NCBI GenBank assembly: GCA_047624095.1
Contig: JBLHPJ010000001.1
Location: 1 to 32,174, forward strand
Reading direction: 5' to 3'
DNA length: 32,174 nt
Source: Yoonia sp.
GTDB lineage: Bacteria > Verrucomicrobiota > Verrucomicrobiia > Opitutales > Coraliomargaritaceae
The position numbers and the translations under genes were made by a program. Positions 19,189 through 28,982 of this stretch are shown here, in pieces; positions within the stretch are counted from its first letter, which is position 1; every line of letters begins with the position of its first letter. Under the pieces are notes generated by a model. It was given only the letters and a program-made list of their open reading frames with translations, was not told the origin of the DNA and searched no databases.

Positions 19189-20046
19189 ATGAAATTCTCA
19201 AAATACCACGCTCTCGGAAACGACTACCTCGTCCTCGATCCTAAAGACGCCGCACAATTGCCAAACGAACAAGAAACCGTGCGCATCTGCCACCGCAACT
19301 TCGGCCTCGGCTCCGACGGTATCCTCTACGGACCACTGCCCACCGACAAAGCCGACTTCGGCCTGCGCATCATGAACCCCGACGGCAGCGAAGCCGAAAA
19401 GAGCGGCAACGGCCTGCGCATCTTCGCCCGCTACCTCTATGATATCGGCAAAGTCAAAAACGACGCCTTCACCGTCGATACCCTCGGCGGAGTCGTCACC
19501 TGCAAGATCAGCGAAGGTGCAGCCTCCATCACCGTCGATATGGGTAAGGTGAGCTTCGCGATGGATCACATCCCCCTTGATGGCCCCGAACAAGCCGACC
19601 AAGACATCGGCCAGCAGCTCATGATCAACGGCACCGACTACACCGTATATCTAGCCGACATTGGCAACCCGCACTGCGTGGTGCCACTCCCCGAAATCTC
19701 AGCAGAGCTGGCCTGCAAAGACGGCGCCGCGATCGAGGTCGATCCCACCTTCCCGAATCGCACCAACGTGCAATTCCTCAAAATCATCGACCGCAACAAC
19801 ATCCAGATCGAAATTTGGGAGCGCGGCGCAGGCTACACCCTCGCCTCCGGCTCCAGCAGCAGCGCCTCCGCAGCCGTCGCTCACTATATTGGCCTCTGCG
19901 ATCGCGACATCACCGTGCACATGCCCGGCGGCAAGATCGCAATCGAGATTGGCGACGACTTTGCAGTGCGCATGACCGGCCCCGCCACCCGCGTCGCCGA
20001 CATGACCTTCGACTGCGAAGCCCTCGGCTTCAGCGACAAGGCGTAA
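19189..20046 (+). CDS. dapF: Diaminopimelate epimerase family protein (Ser/Ser active-site variant)
   Basis: KYHALGNDY, GLGSDG, NPDGSEAEKSGNGLR, GNPH, FPNRTNVQF, WERGAGYTLASGSS, MTGP. Confidence 0.88.
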   Translation: MKFSKYHALGNDYLVLDPKDAAQLPNEQETVRICHRNFGLGSDGILYGPLPTDKADFGLRIMNPDGSEAEKSGNGLRIFARYLYDIGKVKNDAFTVDTLGGVVTCKISEGAASITVDMGKVSFAMDHIPLDGPEQADQDIGQQLMINGTDYTVYLADIGNPHCVVPLPEISAELACKDGAAIEVDPTFPNRTNVQFLKIIDRNNIQIEIWERGAGYTLASGSSSSASAAVAHYIGLCDRDITVHMPGGKIAIEIGDDFAVRMTGPATRVADMTFDCEALGFSDKA

Positions 20047-20073
20047 AGCCCGCCGCTCCACACTCTTGCACAC

Positions 20074-20105
20074 AAAGCCCACTGGAAACAGTGGGCTTTT
20101 TCTTT
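20074..20105 (+). terminator. Rho-independent terminator after dapF
   Basis: AAAGCCCACTG-GAAA-CAGTGGGCTTT followed by TTCTTT. Confidence 0.9.
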
Positions 20106-20315
20106 GATGCCCACAGCTAAAAGGGGCTTAGCGACCCGCACACGCAGCCAAAAAGACGCGAGGAAGGCCGCTTCGCTGGTGGAACGGGCGACTCGAAGAG
20201 AACCTGTTTCTTTTTAAACGGAACAAAGATCCCTAAGCTGAGCTCTTGATTTTTGCTAAGATCCTATTAGCGTTCACCACTTAATTTTGCAACGAACACA
20301 CAACAAAACATACAT

Positions 20316-22199
20316 ATGAGCACACAAACACCTGAACGCCACGAATTCCAAGCGGAGGTCAAACAAGTCCTCGATATCGTGGTTCACTCCCTCTATACTG
20401 ACAAAGAAATCTTCGTCCGTGAGCTGATCTCGAATGCATCCGACGCGACCGAAAAGCTGCGCCACACGCAACTCTCCGAGACAGACATCTTCGATGCCGA
20501 TCTCGACCTAGAGATCCAAGTGACTTCCGACGAAGAAGCTGGCACCATCAGCATCCAAGACTTCGGCATCGGCATGACGCACGCCGAGCTGATCGACAAC
20601 CTCGGCACCATCGCACACTCCGGCTCGAAAGCCTTCCTCAACGCCCTCAAAGCAGGCGGCGAACGCAATGAGAACCTGATCGGCCAGTTCGGCGTCGGTT
20701 TCTACTCCGTCTTCATGGTCGCCGACTCCGTCAAGGTCTACACCCGCACATGGCAGCCTGAAGGCCAATGCTACTGCTGGTCAAGCAACGGCGACGGCGC
20801 TTACGAAATCGAAGAGGTCGAAGGCGAACGCCGCGGCACTCGCATCGTCTTCACCCTCAAGGACGAATACAAAGAGTTCGCCCAAAAAGATAAGCTTGAA
20901 GGCATCATCAAGCGCTACTCCAGCTTCGTGCAATTCCCAATCAAGGTGGATGGCGACGAGTTTAAGACCGTCCAAGCACTCTGGTTGAAGAGCAAAAACG
21001 AGATCACCGACGAGGAATACACCGAATTCTACAAATTTCAGGCCAACGCCTTTGACGAACCACGCTTCCACCTGCACTTCGCTGCCGACGCTCCGATCGC
21101 AATCAACACGCTCCTTTTCGCACCGACAGAGAACATGGAAGGCTTCGGCTTCGGTCGCATGGAGCCCGGCGTTGCCCTCTACTGCCGCAAGGTGCTGATC
21201 GACAGCGAACCCAAAAACATCCTCCCCGACTGGCTCCGCTTCGTGCGCGGCGTCGTCGACAGTGCCGACCTGCCGCTCAATATCTCCCGCGAGTCCATGC
21301 AGGACAGCGCACTGATCCAGAAGCTCAACAAAGTCATCACCAAGCGCTTCCTCAAGACACTCGAAGAAAAGGCCAAGAACGAGCCAGAAGTGTATAACGA
21401 CTTTTGGAAAACATTCGGCATCTTCCTCAAAGAAGGTGTTACCTCCGACTTCACCCACCGTGATCAACTGCTAAAGCTCCTACGCTACGAATCGTCTTAC
21501 ACCGAAGAGGGCACCAACACAGGCCTCGGCGACTATCTCTCACGCGCACCTGAAGGCCAAAAGGAGATCTACTATCTCTTCGGAGCCAACCGCAAAGCGA
21601 TCGAATCAGGCCCTTACTTCGAAGCCTTTAAGGCGCGTAACATCGAAGTGCTCTATCTCTTCGAGCCGATCGATGAGTTCGTAATGAGCCACGCCCGTGC
21701 GTTTGAAGAAAAAAGCTTCATCTCTGCCGATTCCGACGGCATCGATCTCGACGCCATCGCACCGGACACAGATACCGATAAGGAAGAAGCGCTCGCCGCT
21801 GACGCCGTCGAAGGACTTTGCACCTTCATCAAAGACAAGCTCGGTGCCGACGTCAGTGAAGTCTCCGCCAGTGACCGCCTCGTAGGTAGCCCCGCGATGA
21901 TCGTCAACGGCGACAAGATGATGACCGCTCAAATGCGCAAGATGATGAAGGCCATGCAGCAACAGCAAGCCGGCGATGCCGACGCCCTCGGCGCAGAGCC
22001 TCCCGTTAAACTACAGATCAACCCGCGTCACGCGCTGGTAAAGAACCTCGCCGAGCTACGTGGCTCCAACGAGGAACTCGCCGGATTGATCAGCGAACAA
22101 TTACTGGACAATGCACGTGTCGCAGCCGGACTCCTCGAAGATCCATCCGCGATGATTCAGCGCAATTACAAGATTCTCGAGCAACTCAGCTCGAAATAA
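20316..22199 (+). CDS. htpG: Molecular chaperone HtpG (Hsp90)
   Basis: [53 protein letters not shown]. Confidence 0.97.
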   Translation: MSTQTPERHEFQAEVKQVLDIVVHSLYTDKEIFVRELISNASDATEKLRHTQLSETDIFDADLDLEIQVTSDEEAGTISIQDFGIGMTHAELIDNLGTIAHSGSKAFLNALKAGGERNENLIGQFGVGFYSVFMVADSVKVYTRTWQPEGQCYCWSSNGDGAYEIEEVEGERRGTRIVFTLKDEYKEFAQKDKLEGIIKRYSSFVQFPIKVDGDEFKTVQALWLKSKNEITDEEYTEFYKFQANAFDEPRFHLHFAADAPIAINTLLFAPTENMEGFGFGRMEPGVALYCRKVLIDSEPKNILPDWLRFVRGVVDSADLPLNISRESMQDSALIQKLNKVITKRFLKTLEEKAKNEPEVYNDFWKTFGIFLKEGVTSDFTHRDQLLKLLRYESSYTEEGTNTGLGDYLSRAPEGQKEIYYLFGANRKAIESGPYFEAFKARNIEVLYLFEPIDEFVMSHARAFEEKSFISADSDGIDLDAIAPDTDTDKEEALAADAVEGLCTFIKDKLGADVSEVSASDRLVGSPAMIVNGDKMMTAQMRKMMKAMQQQQAGDADALGAEPPVKLQINPRHALVKNLAELRGSNEELAGLISEQLLDNARVAAGLLEDPSAMIQRNYKILEQLSSK

Positions 22200-22217
22200 T
22201 CCGCTTTGATTCTAAGC

Positions 22218-22251
22218 ATGGGGGCAACGCTCTTTCGTTGCCCCCATATTT
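22218..22251. terminator. Strong hairpin after htpG, probable terminator between convergent genes
   Basis: ATGGGGGCAACG-CTCTTT-CGTTGCCCCCAT 12-bp stem, with only a short ATTT tail. Confidence 0.65.
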
Positions 22252-22416
22252 AGCGTCTGGCCGAAAAGTCCCGCGTCGCGCATAGGCACTATGCCTGACG
22301 TTGATGTTGGCATTCGATCTGACCATGCCTCGCGCCCCCAGCGGAGTCTCCGACGAAGAACAGGACTCACTGCAAAACGCACCGAGCCACTCCCCGGAGC
22401 AGGGCAATCGCGACTC

Positions 22417-23874
22417 CTATCCCTTCGCCAACTCGAATAACTTCTTATCAATCTTATTCGCAGTGATCACACCGTAGTTCATCGTGCCGAGCCAGCCGGA
22501 CATGATGATGCCTACTGAGCCAGCGTGGTAGAGCCCTTCGATTTGATCGGACAATTCCATCGAGACCTTGAGGCCTTCGAACTTAGTGCCGAAGGAGGTG
22601 CCTTGCATTGACTTAGTGTAATGATTCACCGTGCGCGGTGTTGCCGCTTCGATGTGGTCGATCTTATCACGCACATTGGGAATAAAAGTTTCCAAACTGC
22701 TCACGCACTCTTCGCACATGCGCGCCTTTTCGGCCTCGTATTGCTCATCGGTGAGATCAGACCATTCGTCCCAACGCGCATTGAGCGAAGCGACGACGAT
22801 ATAGCGTTCGTCCTTCAAATGCGGACGTGTTTCCGGATAGTAAACCGAGAACGTGTGGCTGCTGGTATGGATCGAAGTCAGTTCGTCGATGGTGTATTCT
22901 GGCGCGCGCGAAGTGAACACGAGATCGCCGATATTCGGGATCGTCTCGCCCTTTTTAATCCCCATGTAAACTTGGCACGAGCTGGTATTGTTACGCACCG
23001 CCTTCGCTTCTTTAATAAAGTCTTCGGTAAATTTATCTTCGCCGACGAGATACTCGATGGTGTTACGCACGTTCGCATTGGAGAGCACAGCCTTGCAACG
23101 GATCTTGCGGATCGGAAATACTTCGCCGCCGGTATTCTGACTGCCCACGCTCACGCCCACGACTTTGCCATCCTCGACATCGATGCTTTCCACTAAAGCG
23201 CATTTACGCACTTCGCAGCCGTTCTCCTTCAGCTCCTCGATCATCTTTTTGATCAGCGTATCAGTGCCCCCCTGGAAGGTGAACACACCCTTACTCATAA
23301 AGTTTGAGAACACGATGCCGTAAGTAATCGCAGGATCGTCAATGTGCGAGCCGTTCGCATAAGAGATCGGTTCCATCAGCAGACGATGCACGTCGGTGCG
23401 TCCCGGGAAAAACTCTTCAAACATCTCACCCGTTGTCTGGGAGTGATCGTCGTAGAAATTCATTGCGCGCAAGTGGTCGTAAAACCCTTCGACCTTTTCG
23501 CGTTCGACCTTGAAATCGTTCACCAGAATGTTGGTAAAGTCATCGCGCTCGAACGTCGTCCACACATTCATCTGCGGATTGATGAAGCGCACATCCTTGA
23601 GCTGGTGAATCGAATCCGCAATTTCCTTAGTCCAATATTTACGGCAAGACTTAACCATACCGAATGGAAAGCCGTGCAGCGAGATGTCGAAGATGTGCCC
23701 ACCAGGACGTTTGAACCACGTGGCGAGACCACCGAACTGGTAATGATGCTCCAGCAACAGGACGCTGTGGCCGTTCTTCGCCAGATAGTTCGCACCCGTC
23801 AATCCACCTAAGCCAGAGCCGATGACGACGACGTCATATTCTTCTTCGATACCTTCGAGCCAATCTTTTGCCAT
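22417..23874 (-). CDS. Phytoene-desaturase-family FAD-dependent oxidoreductase
   Basis: Rossmann [11 protein letters not shown]...E......GG, FD.SLH, GG...L, ATPRT...Y, GLYHAG. Start at ATG 23874 (MAKDWLEG). Confidence 0.85.
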   Translation of the reverse strand: MAKDWLEGIEEEYDVVVIGSGLGGLTGANYLAKNGHSVLLLEHHYQFGGLATWFKRPGGHIFDISLHGFPFGMVKSCRKYWTKEIADSIHQLKDVRFINPQMNVWTTFERDDFTNILVNDFKVEREKVEGFYDHLRAMNFYDDHSQTTGEMFEEFFPGRTDVHRLLMEPISYANGSHIDDPAITYGIVFSNFMSKGVFTFQGGTDTLIKKMIEELKENGCEVRKCALVESIDVEDGKVVGVSVGSQNTGGEVFPIRKIRCKAVLSNANVRNTIEYLVGEDKFTEDFIKEAKAVRNNTSSCQVYMGIKKGETIPNIGDLVFTSRAPEYTIDELTSIHTSSHTFSVYYPETRPHLKDERYIVVASLNARWDEWSDLTDEQYEAEKARMCEECVSSLETFIPNVRDKIDHIEAATPRTVNHYTKSMQGTSFGTKFEGLKVSMELSDQIEGLYHAGSVGIIMSGWLGTMNYGVITANKIDKKLFELAKG

Positions 23875-24043
23875 AATCTTATAAAGAGTCAGTAGCCAGT
23901 ATTCGGAAGTGGCACAAAGACAGCCACCTCTCAATTCCAGCGGGTAGCGGCCTAAGACAGCGAAACCTGCCAGAGATTTCAACCCGCAAAATCAAAAAAG
24001 AGTAGATTGCAGGCGCTCCAAGAAAGCACCGCATCGATACGAG

Positions 24044-24682
24044 TTAGAACCCGTTCAAACTGATCGGTGCGTTTTCCTGCTGATCCGAGTCCTGCACCGT
24101 CGCAAGCATGATATCGATTCGCGTGTCAAAAATCATCAACCCATTGCCCACTTTCTTGGCGCGAATGGAGCCATTGTCCAATTCCATCTCATAACCGAAG
24201 GCGGACGGCGACGGCTCTTCGCCCTCTACCTTCGCTTTCTTCTCCACTTTTTTCCAAAACGACCCCTGCGCCTGTATCGTCAGAAGTTGGTTAAGCTCGT
24301 AATCCGTCATGCCTTGGCTGCGCTTATACACTTCGATCGCGGACTTGCCATCCACATACAGCACATGCAGATCCCAGCCCGGCAAGACACGCTTCTCCTC
24401 CAACTCCTTAGAAGACGGGCGACGTCCATCAGCGGTTTTGTAATACACACGCACATCCGTCGAGCTCGACATCAACTCCAGATACTTCAAATACGGCATC
24501 CCCTTACGGCGGCTCGCTTCAACCACATCGTCGCGATACATGATACCACCAGACGAAAACAAGCGGCGTTCGACTGATTCTCGGCGCTCGCCGATGCGTG
24601 CTTCAGCGGTGGAGCTGAACGCGGTCATAATCAACCCAGCACAGATTGCGCTGAAAACGAAGGAAGCTTTGGGATATTTCAT
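24044..24682 (-). CDS. Secreted hypothetical protein, 212 aa
   Basis: Signal peptide MKYPKASFVFSAICAGLIMTAFSSTAEA|RIGE. The track ORF's upstream extension is antisense to dgt and was discarded. Confidence 0.75.
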   Translation of the reverse strand: MKYPKASFVFSAICAGLIMTAFSSTAEARIGERRESVERRLFSSGGIMYRDDVVEASRRKGMPYLKYLELMSSSTDVRVYYKTADGRRPSSKELEEKRVLPGWDLHVLYVDGKSAIEVYKRSQGMTDYELNQLLTIQAQGSFWKKVEKKAKVEGEEPSPSAFGYEMELDNGSIRAKKVGNGLMIFDTRIDIMLATVQDSDQQENAPISLNGF

Positions 24683-24739
24683 GATTGAGGTAAGTCGCTG
24701 TTGTAAGCTCACTACCTGAGGCAAACAAGCCAGAACCGA

Positions 24740-26038
24740 ATGAAAAACGAATTCTACAACGCCTTTGACCTTGAGCGCTTTCCGGAGACTCCCGTCGCGG
24801 ACTCTGATTATCGCAACGCCTTTCAAATCGAGCGCGACCGAATCATTTTCTCCTACCCCTTCCGTCGGCTCCAATCCAAGACCCAAGTCTTCCAATCCGG
24901 CGAATACGATTTCTACCGCACACGGCTCACCCACTCCATCGAAGTCGCAAAAATCGGCCGCTCTATCTGCGAATACCTGCGCGCCAGCTCCGACCACCTC
25001 AACGACCGCTTCTACATCGATGCCGACCTGACCGAAGCTGTCGGCCTCGCGCACGATATGGGGCACCCGCCCTTCGGCCACATTGGTGAGCGTAAACTCA
25101 ACGAACTGATGCAGCAGCACGGCGGCTTCGAGGGCAACGGCCAGACCCTGCGCATTCTAACCGAGCTCATCTACGAGCGCCCCGGCGCGACCAAAGGCAT
25201 CGCCCCCACCCGCGCCTTCCTCGACGGGGTGATGAAATATAAAGCCCTACACCGCGAGTGCATCGGCAAGAAAGAAGACGGTTCGCTAGACTTCCCCGAA
25301 AACCACTTCATCTACAACGAGCAAGAAAACTGGCGCAGCACCATTTTTGGCGGCAACGAAATCCCACAAGAACTGAACAACCCCAAAGCGCTCAACTCCT
25401 TTAAAAGCATCGAGTGCCAAGTCATGGACTGGGCCGACGACACCGCCTACTCGCTCAACGACATCGTCGACGGCATCCATGCCCGCTACATCAACATCGG
25501 CAGCATCACCGAATGGGCAGCCACCCAGAATCTCAATACCGACGAAACCGCGCTCATCGAAAAGCTCTGCCAAGTCATCCGCGAAGATCGCTACGAGTCC
25601 CACTTCGGCGCACGCATCGGTCGCTTCGTGCATGGGTGCACACTCACGCAACGCAGCGGGTTTCTCAGCGACCGCACCAACCGACACGCCTTCGACCTCA
25701 CCATCGCAGCCGACGTCAAAGCAGAGAGCTGCCTCTACAAACGCATCGCCCTCGACCTCATTTTTCGCTCCCCGCAGTTACAACAGATCGAATTTAAAGG
25801 CGGCCACATTTTGGAGAAACTCTTCCGCGCCCTCTGCGAGCATTGCGCCAACGAAGACGGCAGCGGCCTGCGCATTTTGCCCGTGCAGGTGCAGGAATTG
25901 ATCAAGCAAGAGACCACCACCGCTGGACGCCATCGCCGCCTCTGCGACTTTACCGCCGGCCTCACAGACAGCCTCGCCGTGCGCACCTATAAGCGTCTCT
26001 ACGATCCCGACTTCGGCTCGATTGCCGAGTTACTGTAA
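24740..26038 (+). CDS. dgt: dGTP triphosphohydrolase (HD superfamily)
   Basis: [54 protein letters not shown]. Confidence 0.93.
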   Translation: MKNEFYNAFDLERFPETPVADSDYRNAFQIERDRIIFSYPFRRLQSKTQVFQSGEYDFYRTRLTHSIEVAKIGRSICEYLRASSDHLNDRFYIDADLTEAVGLAHDMGHPPFGHIGERKLNELMQQHGGFEGNGQTLRILTELIYERPGATKGIAPTRAFLDGVMKYKALHRECIGKKEDGSLDFPENHFIYNEQENWRSTIFGGNEIPQELNNPKALNSFKSIECQVMDWADDTAYSLNDIVDGIHARYINIGSITEWAATQNLNTDETALIEKLCQVIREDRYESHFGARIGRFVHGCTLTQRSGFLSDRTNRHAFDLTIAADVKAESCLYKRIALDLIFRSPQLQQIEFKGGHILEKLFRALCEHCANEDGSGLRILPVQVQELIKQETTTAGRHRRLCDFTAGLTDSLAVRTYKRLYDPDFGSIAELL

Positions 26039-26218
26039 GCTCACATCATAAGAACACCAACGGTCAGCTAGAGGCTTCACTTATAAGTGTCGCCGCGCAA
26101 CGTCGCCACACCGGATCCGAAAGTTTGCTAAGCGCATGATCCAGCGATATTAAAGAAATCTCGCTGCCAAAAACCGCTTTTTTCGTAGCGCCGCAGCAGT
26201 CGAATATTACTAGAAAAA

Positions 26219-26265
26219 ACACTACATCTAGTTCTTATTCGATCCATGCCTACAATATCTAGTTG
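26219..26265 (+). promoter_or_regulatory. Tandem NrdR boxes
   Basis: ACACTACATCTAGTTC (26219-26234) and CTACAATATCTAGTTG (26250-26265) resemble acaCwAtATaTwGtgt; their starts are 31 bp apart, directly at the nrdD start. Confidence 0.85.
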
Positions 26266-28423
26266 CCCAGCCGAAGACAATTTCAAGCTCCAACCTGCTA
26301 ATTTACAGCCTGTTGTCGTCAAGCGCGACGGCACCTATGTGCCCTATTCCACCGAGCGAATCATCCAAGCGATCTACAACGCGGGACTCGCCATCCAGAT
26401 GGATGACTTACCCTACGCCGAAGAAATCGGCTACAAAGTCAGCGCCCAATTCAACAACCGCTACCAAGCCTGCATCACCGAGATCCAGACTGCCGTTGAG
26501 AATGCATTGATGGAAGGCCCCTACAAGCAGCTCGCTCGTAAATACATCGAATATCGCCACGACCGCGACCAAGCACGCGAAAAAAAGAGCCAGCTCAACC
26601 GCGAGATCGAAGGCCTCGTCCAACAAAGCGATGACAGCCTGCTCAACGAAAACGCCAACAAAGACGCCAAAGTCATCCCCACCCAGCGCGACTTACTCGC
26701 CGGCATCATCGCCAAGCACTACGCCAAGCGCTATCTGCTCCCCAAAGAGGTCTCCGCCGCGCACGACCTCGGCCAACTGCATTTCCACGATCTCGATTAC
26801 GCGCCCTTCTTCCCCATGTTCAACTGCATGTTGATCGACCTGCCCGGCATGCTCACCCAAGGCTTTAAAATGGGCAACGCCGAGATCGAGCAACCGCGCT
26901 CCATCGCCACCGCGACCGCCGTCACCGCGCAAATCATCGCCCAAGTCGCCAGCCACATCTACGGCGGCACCACCATCAATCGTATCGACGAAGTGCTGGC
27001 TCCCTACGTGAGCGCCAGCTACAACAAGCACCTCGCCACCGCCGAGCAATGGAACATTGCCGACGCCGAAGCCTTCGCCAAAGCGCAAATCACCAAGGAG
27101 TGCCACGACGCCTTCCAGTCGCTCGAATACGAAGTCAACACACTGCACACCGCCAACGGGCAGACCCCGTTCGTTACCTTCGGGTTCGGACTCGGCGAGA
27201 GTTGGGAGTCCAAACTCATCCAGCAGTCCATCCTCAACATTCGCATCCAAGGCCTCGGCAAAAAGCACAAGACCGCGATTTTCCCGAAGCTCGTTTTTGC
27301 GATCAAAGACGGCCTCAATCACAAGAAGATCGACCCGAACTACGACATCAAACAACTCGCGCTCGAATGCGCCACCAAGCGCATGTATCCCGACATCCTC
27401 AACTACGAGCAAGTCGTCAAAGTCACCGGCTCTTTCAAAACCCCGATGGGCTGCCGCAGCTTCCTGTCCGCACATGAGAACGAAGACGGCCAAGAGCACG
27501 ACGGCCGCAACAACCTCGGCGTGGTCACCCTCAACCTACCGCGCATCGCACTCGAAGCCAAGGGCGACGAATGTCGCTTCTTCTCCATTCTCGATGAGCG
27601 CCTCAAGCTCGCCAAGAAAGCACTCGATGCCCGCATCTCACGCCTCGACAATGTCTGCGCGCGTGTCGCACCGATCCTCTACATGGAAGGCGCCTGCGGC
27701 GTGCGCCTCAATCCCGACGACAAAGTATCCGACATCTTTAAAAACGGCCGAGCCTCCATCAGCCTCGGCTACATCGGGTTGCATGAGACGATCAACGCCC
27801 TCTTTGGCGACGGCACCCACGTTTACGACAGCGCCACACTGCAACGCCACGCGATCCGCATCATCCAAGTCCTACGCGCAGCGACCGAACGCTGGAAAGC
27901 CGAGAACGGCTACGGCTTCAGCCTCTATAGCACACCCAGCGAGAATCTTTGCGACCGCTTCTGCCGCATCGACGCCAAAGAGTTTGGCATCATCCCCGGC
28001 GTCACCGACAAAGGCTACTACACCAATAGCTTCCACCTCGACGTAGAGAAGAAGGTCAACCCCTTCGACAAGATCGACTTTGAGATGCCCTATCCGGCCA
28101 TCGCCAACGGCGGGTTCATTTGCTACGGCGAATACCCCAACATGCAGCAAAACGTCGAAGCACTCGAAGATGTTTGGGACTACACCTACACCCGCGTGCC
28201 CTACTACGGCACCAACACCCCGATCGATGAATGCTATGACTGCAACTACACCGGCGAATTTTCCTGCACCCCGAAAGGCTTCACCTGCCCGCAATGCGGC
28301 AACTTCGACCCCAAGCGCGTCTCCGTCACCCGCCGCGTCTGCGGCTATCTCGGCAGCCCCGACGCCCGCCCCTTCAACGCTGGCAAACAGGAAGAAGTGA
28401 AGCGCCGCGTCAAGCACCTCTAA
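26246..28423 (+). CDS. nrdD: Anaerobic (class III) ribonucleoside-triphosphate reductase
   Basis: ATP cone VVKRDG, NENANKD, FNCML, PMGCRS, two CxxC Zn pairs, glycyl radical motif RVCGYL. Confidence 0.97.
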   Translation: MPTISSCPAEDNFKLQPANLQPVVVKRDGTYVPYSTERIIQAIYNAGLAIQMDDLPYAEEIGYKVSAQFNNRYQACITEIQTAVENALMEGPYKQLARKYIEYRHDRDQAREKKSQLNREIEGLVQQSDDSLLNENANKDAKVIPTQRDLLAGIIAKHYAKRYLLPKEVSAAHDLGQLHFHDLDYAPFFPMFNCMLIDLPGMLTQGFKMGNAEIEQPRSIATATAVTAQIIAQVASHIYGGTTINRIDEVLAPYVSASYNKHLATAEQWNIADAEAFAKAQITKECHDAFQSLEYEVNTLHTANGQTPFVTFGFGLGESWESKLIQQSILNIRIQGLGKKHKTAIFPKLVFAIKDGLNHKKIDPNYDIKQLALECATKRMYPDILNYEQVVKVTGSFKTPMGCRSFLSAHENEDGQEHDGRNNLGVVTLNLPRIALEAKGDECRFFSILDERLKLAKKALDARISRLDNVCARVAPILYMEGACGVRLNPDDKVSDIFKNGRASISLGYIGLHETINALFGDGTHVYDSATLQRHAIRIIQVLRAATERWKAENGYGFSLYSTPSENLCDRFCRIDAKEFGIIPGVTDKGYYTNSFHLDVEKKVNPFDKIDFEMPYPAIANGGFICYGEYPNMQQNVEALEDVWDYTYTRVPYYGTNTPIDECYDCNYTGEFSCTPKGFTCPQCGNFDPKRVSVTRRVCGYLGSPDARPFNAGKQEEVKRRVKHL

Positions 28424-28430
28424 GACGCGA

Positions 28431-28955
28431 ATGAACTACCACCAATACTTCGACGTCGACGTGGTCAACGGCCCCGGCACCCGCTGCACGCTGTTCGTTT
28501 CAGGCTGCGTGCACGGGTGTAAAGGTTGCTACAATCAGTCGACGTGGAGCCCCCACTCAGGCCATCCCTTCACCGATGAAATGGCTGATCAAATCATCGC
28601 CGATCTCAACGACACGCGTATCCGCCGCCGCGGCCTTTCACTCAGCGGCGGCGATCCGCTGTTCCCCGCCAATTGCGAAGCCGTGCTGGCCTTATGCCAA
28701 CGCGTGCGAGCCGAGTGCACCGACAAAGACATCTGGCTATGGACCGGCTACAGCGTTGAGAATCTCAGCGAGCAACAACAAGCCATCCTCAGCACCATCG
28801 ACGTGCTCATCGACGGCCCCTTCGTGCAAGCCAAAGCCGATCCGAGCTTGGCATTTCGCGGCTCCTCGAATCAACGCATCATTCACGCAAGTGACACAGA
28901 CATTGCTGTCTGTCACATCAGAGTCAGCCCAATCCGAATAACCACTCCAACGTAA
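28431..28955 (+). CDS. nrdG: Class III RNR activating enzyme (radical SAM)
   Basis: NGPG.R..LFVSGC.H.C.GCYN, SGGDP, WTGY, DVLIDG.F, RGSSNQ. Confidence 0.95.
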   Translation: MNYHQYFDVDVVNGPGTRCTLFVSGCVHGCKGCYNQSTWSPHSGHPFTDEMADQIIADLNDTRIRRRGLSLSGGDPLFPANCEAVLALCQRVRAECTDKDIWLWTGYSVENLSEQQQAILSTIDVLIDGPFVQAKADPSLAFRGSSNQRIIHASDTDIAVCHIRVSPIRITTPT

Positions 28956-28978
28956 CAGACAGGAATACCTGTATCACT
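28890..28978. repeat. REPIN-like pair of inverted palindromic repeats overlapping the nrdG 3' end
   Basis: GTGACACAGACATTGCTGTCTGTCAC (28891-28916) vs reverse complement of 28952-28977, GTGATACAGGTATTCCTGTCTGTTAC: 21/26 identical, 35-nt spacer. Confidence 0.7.
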
Positions 28979-28982
28979 CACT

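Noticed and set aside
22252-22416. Possible small repeat or sRNA between htpG and the oxidoreductase (hairpin GCATAG-GCA-CTATGC)
   Set aside because: A single short hairpin with no second copy in the window
24683-25120. N-terminal 146 aa of track ORF 24044..25120
   Set aside because: Mostly antisense to dgt; a clear signal peptide begins at ATG 24682
26039-26218. Cobalamin riboswitch or FNR box upstream of nrdD
   Set aside because: No B12-box-like or TTGAT-N4-ATCAA motif visible
27057-28046. 329-aa Ser/Thr/Pro-rich alternate-frame ORF inside nrdD
   Set aside because: Frame-shifted shadow caused by C-ending codons that suppress stops; low-complexity translation
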